From positions 1-12,000 of the forward strand of contig JAKLZA010000112.1 in the NCBI GenBank assembly GCA_030704615.1: a DNA stretch of 12,000 bases, read 5' to 3'. Source of the DNA: Takakia lepidozioides (Eukaryota; Plantae; Bryophyta). This document shows, piece after piece, positions 1-8,080 of the stretch; positions within the stretch are counted from its first letter, which is position 1, and each line of letters starts with the position of its first letter. The notes under the pieces were generated by a model. That model ran no database searches. It was not told where the DNA came from and saw only the letters and a program-made list of their open reading frames with translations. The translations under genes and the position numbers were made by a program.

Positions 1-813
1 TGTCCAGGTGAGTGGGGTACCAATTACTGGTGCAGCGTGCAAGTACTTCCATGCCACATGTCCCTTATAGAAAATGTCATCAATGCCGAATTTCTGTGTT
101 GACAAATGGTTGCAGGCCGCTTGAAACCATGAACGAATTTGAGAATCCTTTTGCATCATAACTTTTGGGTCATATAGGTACATATGAGGTGGCACCGAAG
201 GTAATACCCAATGATCTCCACTGGAATAACTCAGAAAGCGTGTTTGCATCTTTTGTTGCTCAATGTGGTAACGTACCAGAAAACAAGCAGCGTAGTATAA
301 CCCGCACCCCATGACAATACTTGCTATCTCCTTGGTCTTGGTATAAATGAGTCCATGTACAACCTGGAAAGCAATCAATTCCCTCAACATGGTACCTGCC
401 TCGTGCCAGTATTGTGCAAAGTGATGATCTTCAATATGTCGATTGTTCGGAAGAACTTTAGTCCTAGTTGCCACTGGCAGCCAAATACGCATGATTTGGT
501 AGTAATGTGCGAATGACTGCGGAGGACTAAATTCTTTCCAAGCCAAATCCAACATGATGGGAATTTGGTTGAAGGGCATAATCATAGCCCTACTGTACTC
601 CCTTGCAGCTGGAGTTTTAGGTGGGTTAAAAGCGGCATTGCCCCATACCTCCGGCTGTGGTGGCTGTGGTGTGGTTGTAGTAACCACAGGTTCAGCTACT
701 GGTACAGTGACTTGTTGTGGTGGTGGTGGTACTGGCTCTTGTATCATTGGCATCTCCTGCACCTCCTGTGAAGACTGAAAAGCCAAAGTTCTGGCTTGTA
801 AATAAGAAGCCAT
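1..813 (-). CDS. Extra ORF4, 3'-partial (>=271 aa), unknown function; absent from the supplied ORF track
   Basis: Manual translation from the ATG at 813..811: MASYLQARTLAFQSSQEVQEMPMIQEPVPPPPQQ...WGNAAFNPPKTPAAREYSRAMIMPFNQIPIMLDLAWKEFSPPQSFAHYYQIMRIWLP...KGHVAWKYLHAAPVIGTPLTWT. There is no stop before position 1. The ATG overlaps the ORF3 stop (TAATG). Confidence 0.85.
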   Translation of the reverse strand, partial: MASYLQARTLAFQSSQEVQEMPMIQEPVPPPPQQVTVPVAEPVVTTTTPQPPQPEVWGNAAFNPPKTPAAREYSRAMIMPFNQIPIMLDLAWKEFSPPQSFAHYYQIMRIWLPVATRTKVLPNNRHIEDHHFAQYWHEAGTMLRELIAFQVVHGLIYTKTKEIASIVMGCGLYYAACFLVRYHIEQQKMQTRFLSYSSGDHWVLPSVPPHMYLYDPKVMMQKDSQIRSWFQAACNHLSTQKFGIDDIFYKGHVAWKYLHAAPVIGTPLTWT

Positions 814-3368
814 TAGCTGTTCCTGAGGGATATAGACTCTTTGTCGATGTTTGAAGTGAGGTCTTCCACTTGAGTCTGCAGTCCGTCTACATCCTCTTGT
901 AACTCTGCTATCCTACTATAGACATTGTCTATAGTAGTTGTGGCAATGTTCTGCACCTGCAGCCTGAGCTCATTCATCTCGCTTTGGGTGAGCTTCCGTG
1001 GTGCTTTGCCCTCTACTGGCCCTTGTGCTAACCAGACCTGCATAAGGCTGTTATCCACCAAGTTGCTTGTGGTTCCCCTGAGAGTTTGCTCCTCTCTTAG
1101 CTTGTACAATTCCAACTGCTGTTGTAAAGCCTCCATGCGCTTCGCCTGAGGTTCAACCAATTGCGCATAAGCAGCAAGTAGATTATTGGCTTCCTTCCAA
1201 GCCTTGTTATTGACCGCGATTTCATTTCTATTGGCCATGATGGTTTGTTGCAACTCCACGATGTGCTTCTCTTGATCAGCTTCAATCTGCCTGTATTGCT
1301 TGAAAGTATCCTCATTGCGACAGATTGTATTCTTCATATCGACAATGAGCTTCATTTGCTCAACATTCTCTTCTTCTGCCTTCGTACATTTTTCCGCTTG
1401 ACTGTTTATTTCTTTTGTAGATTGGTCAAGCATAGTTGTGAATGTAGCACATTGTATCGCCATCCTGTTATGCACTGTCTGCAACTCCGTATGTAGTGCA
1501 TTCAGTTCTTGCAACTTGCTTTCATGCTGCACCTGCATTTGGTATAGCTGTTGCTTATGTGCTTCGTGCAACTGGTCTTGCGCGAGGCCTGCCTCAATCA
1601 ATTGTTCCTTGGCCAATTGCAAAGCCATTTCTGTATTTCCCAAGTCCTGCTTCATCTTGAGAGTGACCTCTTCATCGACCTTGTTTGCACACTCAGTGGC
1701 AAGTCGAGCCTCAAACTCCTTCCTGAGTTCCTCTCTCAAGGCTGTCAATTGGGTAATTGGAACATGGGATTTGACATAAGTCCCCAACAAATTAAGTGTC
1801 CTGCCTATGGAACTCATCAGCATTGCCTGTTGAGGGTCATCATGGTGAGGTTGCTGCTGTTCCTCCTGATCTTCAACAGTGTGATGTCTCACTAACCATT
1901 CAGGCCATTGTCCCACCGGATTTTCTTCCTGAACTACTTCATCTATCACCGGTGCTACAGTGTCATGACCTTCCGCCTGTGGTACCTCCGACACAGGTGT
2001 GTGTATTATATGCACCTCAGGATTTCCCTTGGGCAACTGTTGCACCTCTGGGATTTCTGTCTCCTTGACCAGACCAGAATATTCATAGAGAAGGTCCCCC
2101 TTCTCTATTTCTGCCACTATCTGTTCTGTAGTTGGAATATCTAACCCTTCACTTTCCAAATCAATTATTTCTGGTTGAGCTGCATGGATAACTTGTGACC
2201 TTGTGACAAGTCGTTCAGGTGGCTGTGATGGTTGTGATGCAGAAGTAACTTCCTCCTCCCTCTCTGAAGGTCCTGCTTCCAGTAATAGCATTTCTCTGTG
2301 CTGCTGTGCCCCTTCCTGGCCATGAGCTTGGGAAACATTATCATGCGGAATCCGTGAAGCCAGTGGATCCGCCACTACAGTCTTTCCCCGTCTCTGCCTC
2401 TTAGTCTCAGGTTGCCCTGCTAGTCCACCCTCACTGTGTGAAGAGCCTTGCTCTTCCATTGCAGTTGTTTCTGGCTCAAACACTCCCATTTCCTTTCTTT
2501 CTTGCGCATTAAGTATGCCAGAATCAAGGATTATTTGAGCAATGATTGGGCCAGACACTATGATAGGAGACTTTGCGGTAGTACCTTGTAATCTTTTCAT
2601 CTCCTCTACCAGTGCGTTGTACATTATGTCCGCCCATTGTACCTCTTGTCCCTTCAGGCCTTTGAGTATTTCCTCCGTGAAGGATCTGCTCAAATACTGT
2701 TGGTTCTGTTTCATGGCAATCAGAACGTTCAATACCTGGCCTACCTCTTTTAACCCTGGGTACACAGCCTTGGTACAAGCATAACCCTGAGTTTTAAAGA
2801 AACTCCCTTCTTGGAATAAGTCCCCTATTTGCAGTCTTGCCCTGTGTTGCTCCACATGCACCTGACCTGCTGGCAATCGAAACAATTGCTGGAGGTATAG
2901 GGGAGTAATCATTAATTCAACTCCCTTCACCGTTGTTGTTCCTGTCCTTGGCTCAAAGTTCTGCAAAAATTGTAACATGTACTGTCTATGGTGTAGTGTC
3001 CAATCTAGGCTTTGCAATCCTTGCAATCTCAGCTCCTCCAGTATCTGTATCGCCTGTGGGGTAGCAATCGTTTGTTTCTGCAGAATTGTGGTGCTCTTCA
3101 CCCTGATTTCCTCCATTCCTCTCACTCTCTTCATTTTAGACTCACAGAACTGTTTTGGCTGTAACAACTGCAGGAATGCCTGTAGTGCACAAAGCATAAA
3201 CGTATGGTTGCCGCAGAAAGCTATGGGTAATTTCTTGTAAGCCTGCGGGGCTTGCAAGCATCGCTCAAGAGAAAAGCTCCGCTCTGTCCTTTCGTGTCTA
3301 TGCCACTGCGTAAGTAATATTGCGAGCGTATAGTCTGTTAGTTCCTCCATAGTTTCCAAGTATAGCAT
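813..3368 (-). CDS. Extra ORF3 at the env position: plant-transposon-protein-like N-terminal domain, disordered linker, long coiled coil
   Basis: Uninterrupted 851-codon ORF in the element's sense orientation. QFLQNF..TVKGVELMITPLYLQQLFRLP..EVQWADIMYNAL..GPIIAQII resembles by eye the Athila env-like/Transposase_32/PMD-related pattern. It has a basic KRQRRGK (NLS-like) and E/Q/L/K heptad-rich sequence over roughly the last 310 aa. The real start may be the later MKRVRG (~3134). Confidence 0.85.
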   Translation of the reverse strand: MLYLETMEELTDYTLAILLTQWHRHERTERSFSLERCLQAPQAYKKLPIAFCGNHTFMLCALQAFLQLLQPKQFCESKMKRVRGMEEIRVKSTTILQKQTIATPQAIQILEELRLQGLQSLDWTLHHRQYMLQFLQNFEPRTGTTTVKGVELMITPLYLQQLFRLPAGQVHVEQHRARLQIGDLFQEGSFFKTQGYACTKAVYPGLKEVGQVLNVLIAMKQNQQYLSRSFTEEILKGLKGQEVQWADIMYNALVEEMKRLQGTTAKSPIIVSGPIIAQIILDSGILNAQERKEMGVFEPETTAMEEQGSSHSEGGLAGQPETKRQRRGKTVVADPLASRIPHDNVSQAHGQEGAQQHREMLLLEAGPSEREEEVTSASQPSQPPERLVTRSQVIHAAQPEIIDLESEGLDIPTTEQIVAEIEKGDLLYEYSGLVKETEIPEVQQLPKGNPEVHIIHTPVSEVPQAEGHDTVAPVIDEVVQEENPVGQWPEWLVRHHTVEDQEEQQQPHHDDPQQAMLMSSIGRTLNLLGTYVKSHVPITQLTALREELRKEFEARLATECANKVDEEVTLKMKQDLGNTEMALQLAKEQLIEAGLAQDQLHEAHKQQLYQMQVQHESKLQELNALHTELQTVHNRMAIQCATFTTMLDQSTKEINSQAEKCTKAEEENVEQMKLIVDMKNTICRNEDTFKQYRQIEADQEKHIVELQQTIMANRNEIAVNNKAWKEANNLLAAYAQLVEPQAKRMEALQQQLELYKLREEQTLRGTTSNLVDNSLMQVWLAQGPVEGKAPRKLTQSEMNELRLQVQNIATTTIDNVYSRIAELQEDVDGLQTQVEDLTSNIDKESISLRNS

Positions 3369-3763
3369 TGATGGTCTGTCCTGTCGAGACGCCCGTTACT
3401 CAGAACGACGCCGCCTCTTGCGCTCAATTTCCCTCCATTTTCTTGATCCTTTCTCTGGTTTTCTATTGGCTGTATCCGCTGTGACTGGATTTTAGATTTT
3501 ATCTTCTTTAGTGGACTTTCCCTGTTGGATAGTCCACTAGGATCACACATGTGACAAGAATTCCGCTTTTCTGTACTTGCCGTTCGTTCCGTTTCCCTTT
3601 TTCCGTACTCATTAATGGGCCCGCCTTTCATCCCTTTTGACGGCCGTTCTTGTCCTCTTTCTTTTGACACCTGTTCTTGCACTTCCTTCTCGGCTGTGTG
3701 TCGCGCCCTGACCTCCACGTGTCTATTTTTAAAGTAATTTCCGTTTCCTCTTCCGTCAGCCAT
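3338..3763 (-). CDS. Doubtful 141-aa K/R/E-rich ORF in the pol-ORF3 spacer
   Basis: It is on the sense strand with its ATG in good context (GAAAATGGC) and overlaps the 851-aa ORF start by 31 nt. It has no motif and could be a by-product of purine-rich noncoding sequence. Confidence 0.25.
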   Translation of the reverse strand: MADGRGNGNYFKNRHVEVRARHTAEKEVQEQVSKERGQERPSKGMKGGPINEYGKRETERTASTEKRNSCHMCDPSGLSNRESPLKKIKSKIQSQRIQPIENQRKDQENGGKLSARGGVVLSNGRLDRTDHQCYTWKLWRN

Positions 3764-3820
3764 TTTCCTGAAGTTATTATGTGTCCACTTGTCACTGATT
3801 CTATGGATCGTGTAACTTTA

Positions 3821-4060
3821 GTAGGCTGTGTTGAGCTGTGACAGGCTGTGTCATACTGTGTTACGCTGTGATAGGCTGTGATGCACTGTGGTAAGCTGTG
3901 ATAGGCTGTGACACGCTGTGGTAGGTTGTGATAGGCTGTGTTGCGCCGTGCTGGGCTGTGATAGGCTGTGTCACGTGTGATGGGCTGTGATAGGCTGTGT
4001 CACGCCGTGATGGGCTGTGATAGGCTGTGTCACTGATGGGCTGTGATAGGCTGTGTCACG
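3821..4060. repeat. Tandem array of 10-bp units (NNNNGCTGTG) with a 30-bp higher-order period
   Basis: About 19 exact CTGTG plus about 4 variants in 10-bp register. ATAGGCTGTG recurs every 30 bp (3871, 3901, 3931, 3961). Confidence 0.95.
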
Positions 4061-5567
4061 TTTGTTTTGCCCACCCTGGTCATATATGCTGGGCCTAGCG
4101 ACAAGTGTTCCATACTCCGTTCGTAACACTGGTGCAGCCCGTGACTGCTCTTGCGGTTCAACATGCAAATCATGCTGCAGGGTTTGTCATGGATACCACT
4201 GTACCCCTTCAACTTATTTGCATTGACTCTTCCCAGCATTTCTTTGTTAATGGTTTGTAACATGGCGGTGTTGTTATCATACATCTTTTGTATGACATAA
4301 GGTCCTTTCCATGGTGATTTAAGCTTAGAAGCTTGAATCTTTCCTTTCTTCTGCAACCATAGAACCAAATCCCCCGTCTTAAAAGTCTTTAACTTGCCTT
4401 CATCAAACTGTTCCTTTCGCTTCATCTGAATTCTGGTCATATTATCAGCTGCATCAGCACGTACTTCTTCCACATGGTATAATTCATGTTTCCTGACCTT
4501 GATGGAGTCTTGCAATTCCATTCTCTTTCCCCACTCCGTTCTCATGGTAGGTAACAGGAATTCCACTGGAAGTAAGGCTTCCATACCATAAACTAATTGG
4601 AATGGTGTATACTTAGTGGTGACTTTATATGAAGTCCTGTATGACCACAAAGCTGTCAGCAGCTTTGTATCCCAATCCGTTCTGTTTGCATTGACTATCT
4701 TAGCCAAGATAGTACATAGTATTTTGTTGGTAGCCTCTGCCTGCCCATTACCCTGTGGGTAATATGTTGTACTCTTTCTATGCACAATCATAAACTCTTT
4801 AGTCAACAACTCAATGGTCTCATTCATGAAGTGACTTCCTTGATCACTGATAAATTCTAAGGGACAGCCAAATCGTGTAAGTATGTTCTCGTACAGGAAC
4901 CTTGCTGTGGACTTGGCTGTGTTGTCCCTCAAAGCTTTAGCTTCCACCCACTTTGTAGTATAATCAGTGGCTGTAATTATGTACCTGTTTCGTGTATTCT
5001 TGGATGGTGGGTTAATTGGTCCAACAAAGTCTAGTCCCCATTTCTGAAATGGTTCCGTAGGCATTGTAGGATGCAAGGCCATCCTTCCAGATCTCTGCAA
5101 AGGTCCTAGCCTCTGACATTCATCACACTTCTGACAATACTCGTGTACATCTTTGAACAAAGTAGGCCACCAGTATCCTGCGAGTAGTATCTTTCTACTG
5201 GTAGTCTCTTCTCCAAAATGACCTCCAGCCACTCCTTTATGAACTTCCGCCAAAACTTTATTTACTTCATGGTGGTACAAGCATCGTTTTAGTACTCCAT
5301 CAGGTCCTAACTTATACATTCTGCTTCCTACCATAGTATAAGGTAAAGCTTTGATAGCGATTCTCTTCCTCTGCTCCTTACCATAACTAGGTGGGCACTG
5401 ACCATGAGCAAGGTAGTATCTGATTGGCCACTGCCAATCTAACCAGTCATCTGCACTTCCCTGCACCTCCACTGCAAAGAGACTCGCATCTGGTAATTGA
5501 TCATCTATTCCTGTGGCTGGTTCTCCTGTTGACAATCGTGACAAATGATCCGCCACAAGATGCAGTC
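4030..5567 (-). CDS. pol: pol part 2: RNase H C-terminus and integrase (HHCC, DDE, GPY/F)
   Basis: HLVADHLSRL closes RNase H. The zinc-binding region is H(KGVAGG)H...CDEC. The catalytic core is WGLDFVGP, ISDQGSHF and YYPQGNGQAE. WKGPYVI is the GPY/F motif. There is no chromodomain, and the frame ends inside the tandem array. Confidence 0.96.
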
Positions 5568-8080
5568 CCAGGCTTGTAAACAACCTCGAACTCAAACTCG
5601 TGCAAGATTATCAACCATCTTGCTATTCTTCCGCTTATCAGAGGTTTGTTTACCAGGTATATCAGAGCCTGGTGATCCACATAGAACATAAACTTCTTGC
5701 CCAACAGGTAATGCCTGAATTTCTTCACTGCATAGATCATTGCCAATGCTTCTCTTTCCGTTGTGCTATAGTTCCTCTCAGCACTGTTCATCAACCGGCT
5801 AGCATAGTACACAGGTGAATCTATATTCCCTGTAACATTCTGGGCTAACACCGCTCCCAACGCTTCTCCTGATGCATCGCAGTGAACATGGAATACTACA
5901 TGCCAGTGAGGGTTAATCAGCACAGGTGTAGTTGTTACTGACAGTGTAAGTTCCTCAAATGCCTGTTGACATTCAGCTGTCCAGGCAAACACTGCATCTT
6001 TCTTCAGTAGTTTGCTCAATGGTGCTGCTATTTGTGCATACCTTTTGACAAATCTCCTGTAATAACTGGTTTGCCCAAGGAATCTCCGTAGACTTTTAAC
6101 ATTCACTGGTGGTGGAGAGGCTTTAATGGACTCTGTCTTTCTGGGATCCACAAGGAGTCCCTTCTTACACACAATGTGTCCCAGAAGCACCCCTGAGTTC
6201 ACACAGAAAGTACACTTCTCTGGATTCAGGCCCAGACCTCTCATCCTGCATCTGGCCAAACATAACTCCAATTTATGCAAGTGCTCATTCTTAGAGCTGT
6301 ACACACTGAAATCATCCAAGAATACCTGCATGAAATCATCCAGATACTCATGAAAAGATTCACTTATCACTCTCTGAAAGGTCGCTGGTGCATTACAAAG
6401 TCCAAAGGGCATGACTTTGTATGCATAAGCCCCCCAGTCTGTGATGAAAGCTGTTTTCCCTTGGTCTTCTTCTGCCACTTGCACTTGATTATAACCACTG
6501 AAGCCATCCATGAATGAGTACATCTCATGGCCTGCCACAGTGTCTAATACTGCTTCTGTGAATGGCAAAGGGAAAGGATCTTTCTTCGTACAAGCATTCA
6601 GCTTCTTATAGTTCACACATACTCTTAGTTTGCCATTCTTCTTGGGAACTATAACAATGGGTGACAACCAAGTTGTATACTCTATTGGGTATATAAACTT
6701 AGCCTCAGCCAACTTCTTTATCTCTTCTCCAACCTTCTGTGCGTAGTTGGGATTCATTCTATACCTCGCCTGCTTGATTGGTACTGACCCTGGTTCCAGT
6801 TCAATCTTATGCTGACAGACTTCAGGTGGTATCCCTTTTAGATCCTCATAGCTCCAAGCAAATACATCTCTGTATTTGATGAACAAGCTTTTAGCTTCTT
6901 CGAAGAATTCCGGCTCCAAATCAGCTCCTACTTTCACCATCCTCGGTTCCTCTTTAGTTCCCACATTTACTTCTCTCACCTGCTCATCAGCTGTGATTGT
7001 CCAACCAGTCACCACTTCATCCTGTAAGCTCACAGTGGCTGGTTCTTCTAGGATTTCTATTTCTCCTTCTCTTTCTTCATAGAAATGTGATGGGTAAATG
7101 CTGGTTTCCTCTTCAGTTGGTGTTGCTGTCACTACACCACAGCAGATACCTCTCAAACAACTTAGGCTTTCCAGCCGCATCTCTGCAACCTGCTCCCACT
7201 CTGGGTGTGCAGCAAATAGGGTAGCTTCCTGCTCCTCATCCAGTCCTCCTCTCCAGTCATACTCTCTGACTCCTCGAGGTCTTCTTGTAGCAGGTAATCT
7301 ACTAGATTTCTTTGTGGTAATTTGTATCTCGTGTATCCCATTATGCACGGTTAGTAACTGAGAATTCCAGTCATGGAATACCCTGGCCTGTTTCAGCCAC
7401 GGACGTCCCAATAATAAGGAGTAAGCCTCCATGACTTCATCCATTTTTAATACAGTTACTGTGATCATAAAGATCATTTTCTGTATCTGTATCTTAACTC
7501 CTCTTATTAATCCCAATGGCTGTACACTTCTTTGATCTGCCATTGTTACTGTAAATGGGGCTGGTTTCATGTTACTTAGACCAAGCTTCTTCCTTAATTG
7601 GTCTGTCATGATATTTACTCCAGAACCACCATCTATCAGTACATCAGTTAGTTCTGTGCTTCCAATTCTCAATTGGATTACTGGCATAGAATCATCAAAG
7701 TCCATGACTGTTTCTCGCCCTTCCGGCTTCACATTATAACTGGTCACCTTGCTGTTCAGGTCTGTGTTTCCTGTCTCTTGGGCAATTCGATTGATTGCTT
7801 GATACAGCCTGTGCCTACAATAAGGTGCCACAGCTAATAGCTGTCCAATGGTAATTTCTGCTTTGGTCTGACATATTACTTCAGCCAAAGTCTCTTCATT
7901 ACTTTGCATGTCTGCATCTTCTTTTTTCCTTTCTTCCTCACTCCCTTCTTTTTCTCCATCCGAATCAGAGGAATCTGCCACAGGAATATCAGTACTCTTT
8001 TGCATTTCCCTTATAGTATCTGCCACTTCCTTGTGCAGTTCCTTCTCATCTTTCCAAGTCTCTTCTTCATCTTCAGGCAT
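5501..8080 (-). CDS. pol: pol part 1: aspartic protease, reverse transcriptase, RNase H
   Basis: Protease VLIDGGSGVNIM (catalytic Asp at 7633..7631) and YSLLLGRPWL. RT WLSPIVIVPKKNGKLRVCV, MPFGLCNAPATFQR and FLDD (6322..6311). RNase H HCDASGEALGAVL, ERNYSTTEREALA and YVDHQAL. The true frame shifts at ~5567, so the last ~21 aa of this ORF are out of frame. It was probably once continuous with gag. Confidence 0.97.
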   Translation of the reverse strand: MPEDEEETWKDEKELHKEVADTIREMQKSTDIPVADSSDSDGEKEGSEEERKKEDADMQSNEETLAEVICQTKAEITIGQLLAVAPYCRHRLYQAINRIAQETGNTDLNSKVTSYNVKPEGRETVMDFDDSMPVIQLRIGSTELTDVLIDGGSGVNIMTDQLRKKLGLSNMKPAPFTVTMADQRSVQPLGLIRGVKIQIQKMIFMITVTVLKMDEVMEAYSLLLGRPWLKQARVFHDWNSQLLTVHNGIHEIQITTKKSSRLPATRRPRGVREYDWRGGLDEEQEATLFAAHPEWEQVAEMRLESLSCLRGICCGVVTATPTEEETSIYPSHFYEEREGEIEILEEPATVSLQDEVVTGWTITADEQVREVNVGTKEEPRMVKVGADLEPEFFEEAKSLFIKYRDVFAWSYEDLKGIPPEVCQHKIELEPGSVPIKQARYRMNPNYAQKVGEEIKKLAEAKFIYPIEYTTWLSPIVIVPKKNGKLRVCVNYKKLNACTKKDPFPLPFTEAVLDTVAGHEMYSFMDGFSGYNQVQVAEEDQGKTAFITDWGAYAYKVMPFGLCNAPATFQRVISESFHEYLDDFMQVFLDDFSVYSSKNEHLHKLELCLARCRMRGLGLNPEKCTFCVNSGVLLGHIVCKKGLLVDPRKTESIKASPPPVNVKSLRRFLGQTSYYRRFVKRYAQIAAPLSKLLKKDAVFAWTAECQQAFEELTLSVTTTPVLINPHWHVVFHVHCDASGEALGAVLAQNVTGNIDSPVYYASRLMNSAERNYSTTEREALAMIYAVKKFRHYLLGKKFMFYVDHQALIYLVNKPLISGRIARWLIILHEFEFEVVYKPGTASCGGSFVTIVNRRTSHRNR

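Noticed and set aside
554-3240. Short + strand ORFs over ORF3/ORF4
   Set aside because: They are antisense shadows of long minus-strand coding frames and have no motifs.
813-3368. ORF3 as a true envelope glycoprotein or a host myosin/SMC gene
   Set aside because: It has no evident signal peptide, TM anchor, motor domain or Walker motifs. The coiled-coil resemblance is generic.
3821-4060. CRISPR array, telomeric repeat or RAG RSS heptamers
   Set aside because: The units are 10 bp with no unique spacers, are not TTTAGGG-like, and have the core CACAGC without nonamers. The context is a eukaryotic retrotransposon.
5560-5580. Programmed ribosomal frameshift between RH and IN
   Set aside because: It falls inside the conserved YKPGxxHxxADxLSR motif, has no slippery heptamer, and is best explained by a ~2-nt deletion or a sequencing error.
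4030-5600. Chromodomain or Tat/Ogre-type additional RNase H
   Set aside because: The RH-IN linker is short, and the IN tail lacks a chromodomain pattern.
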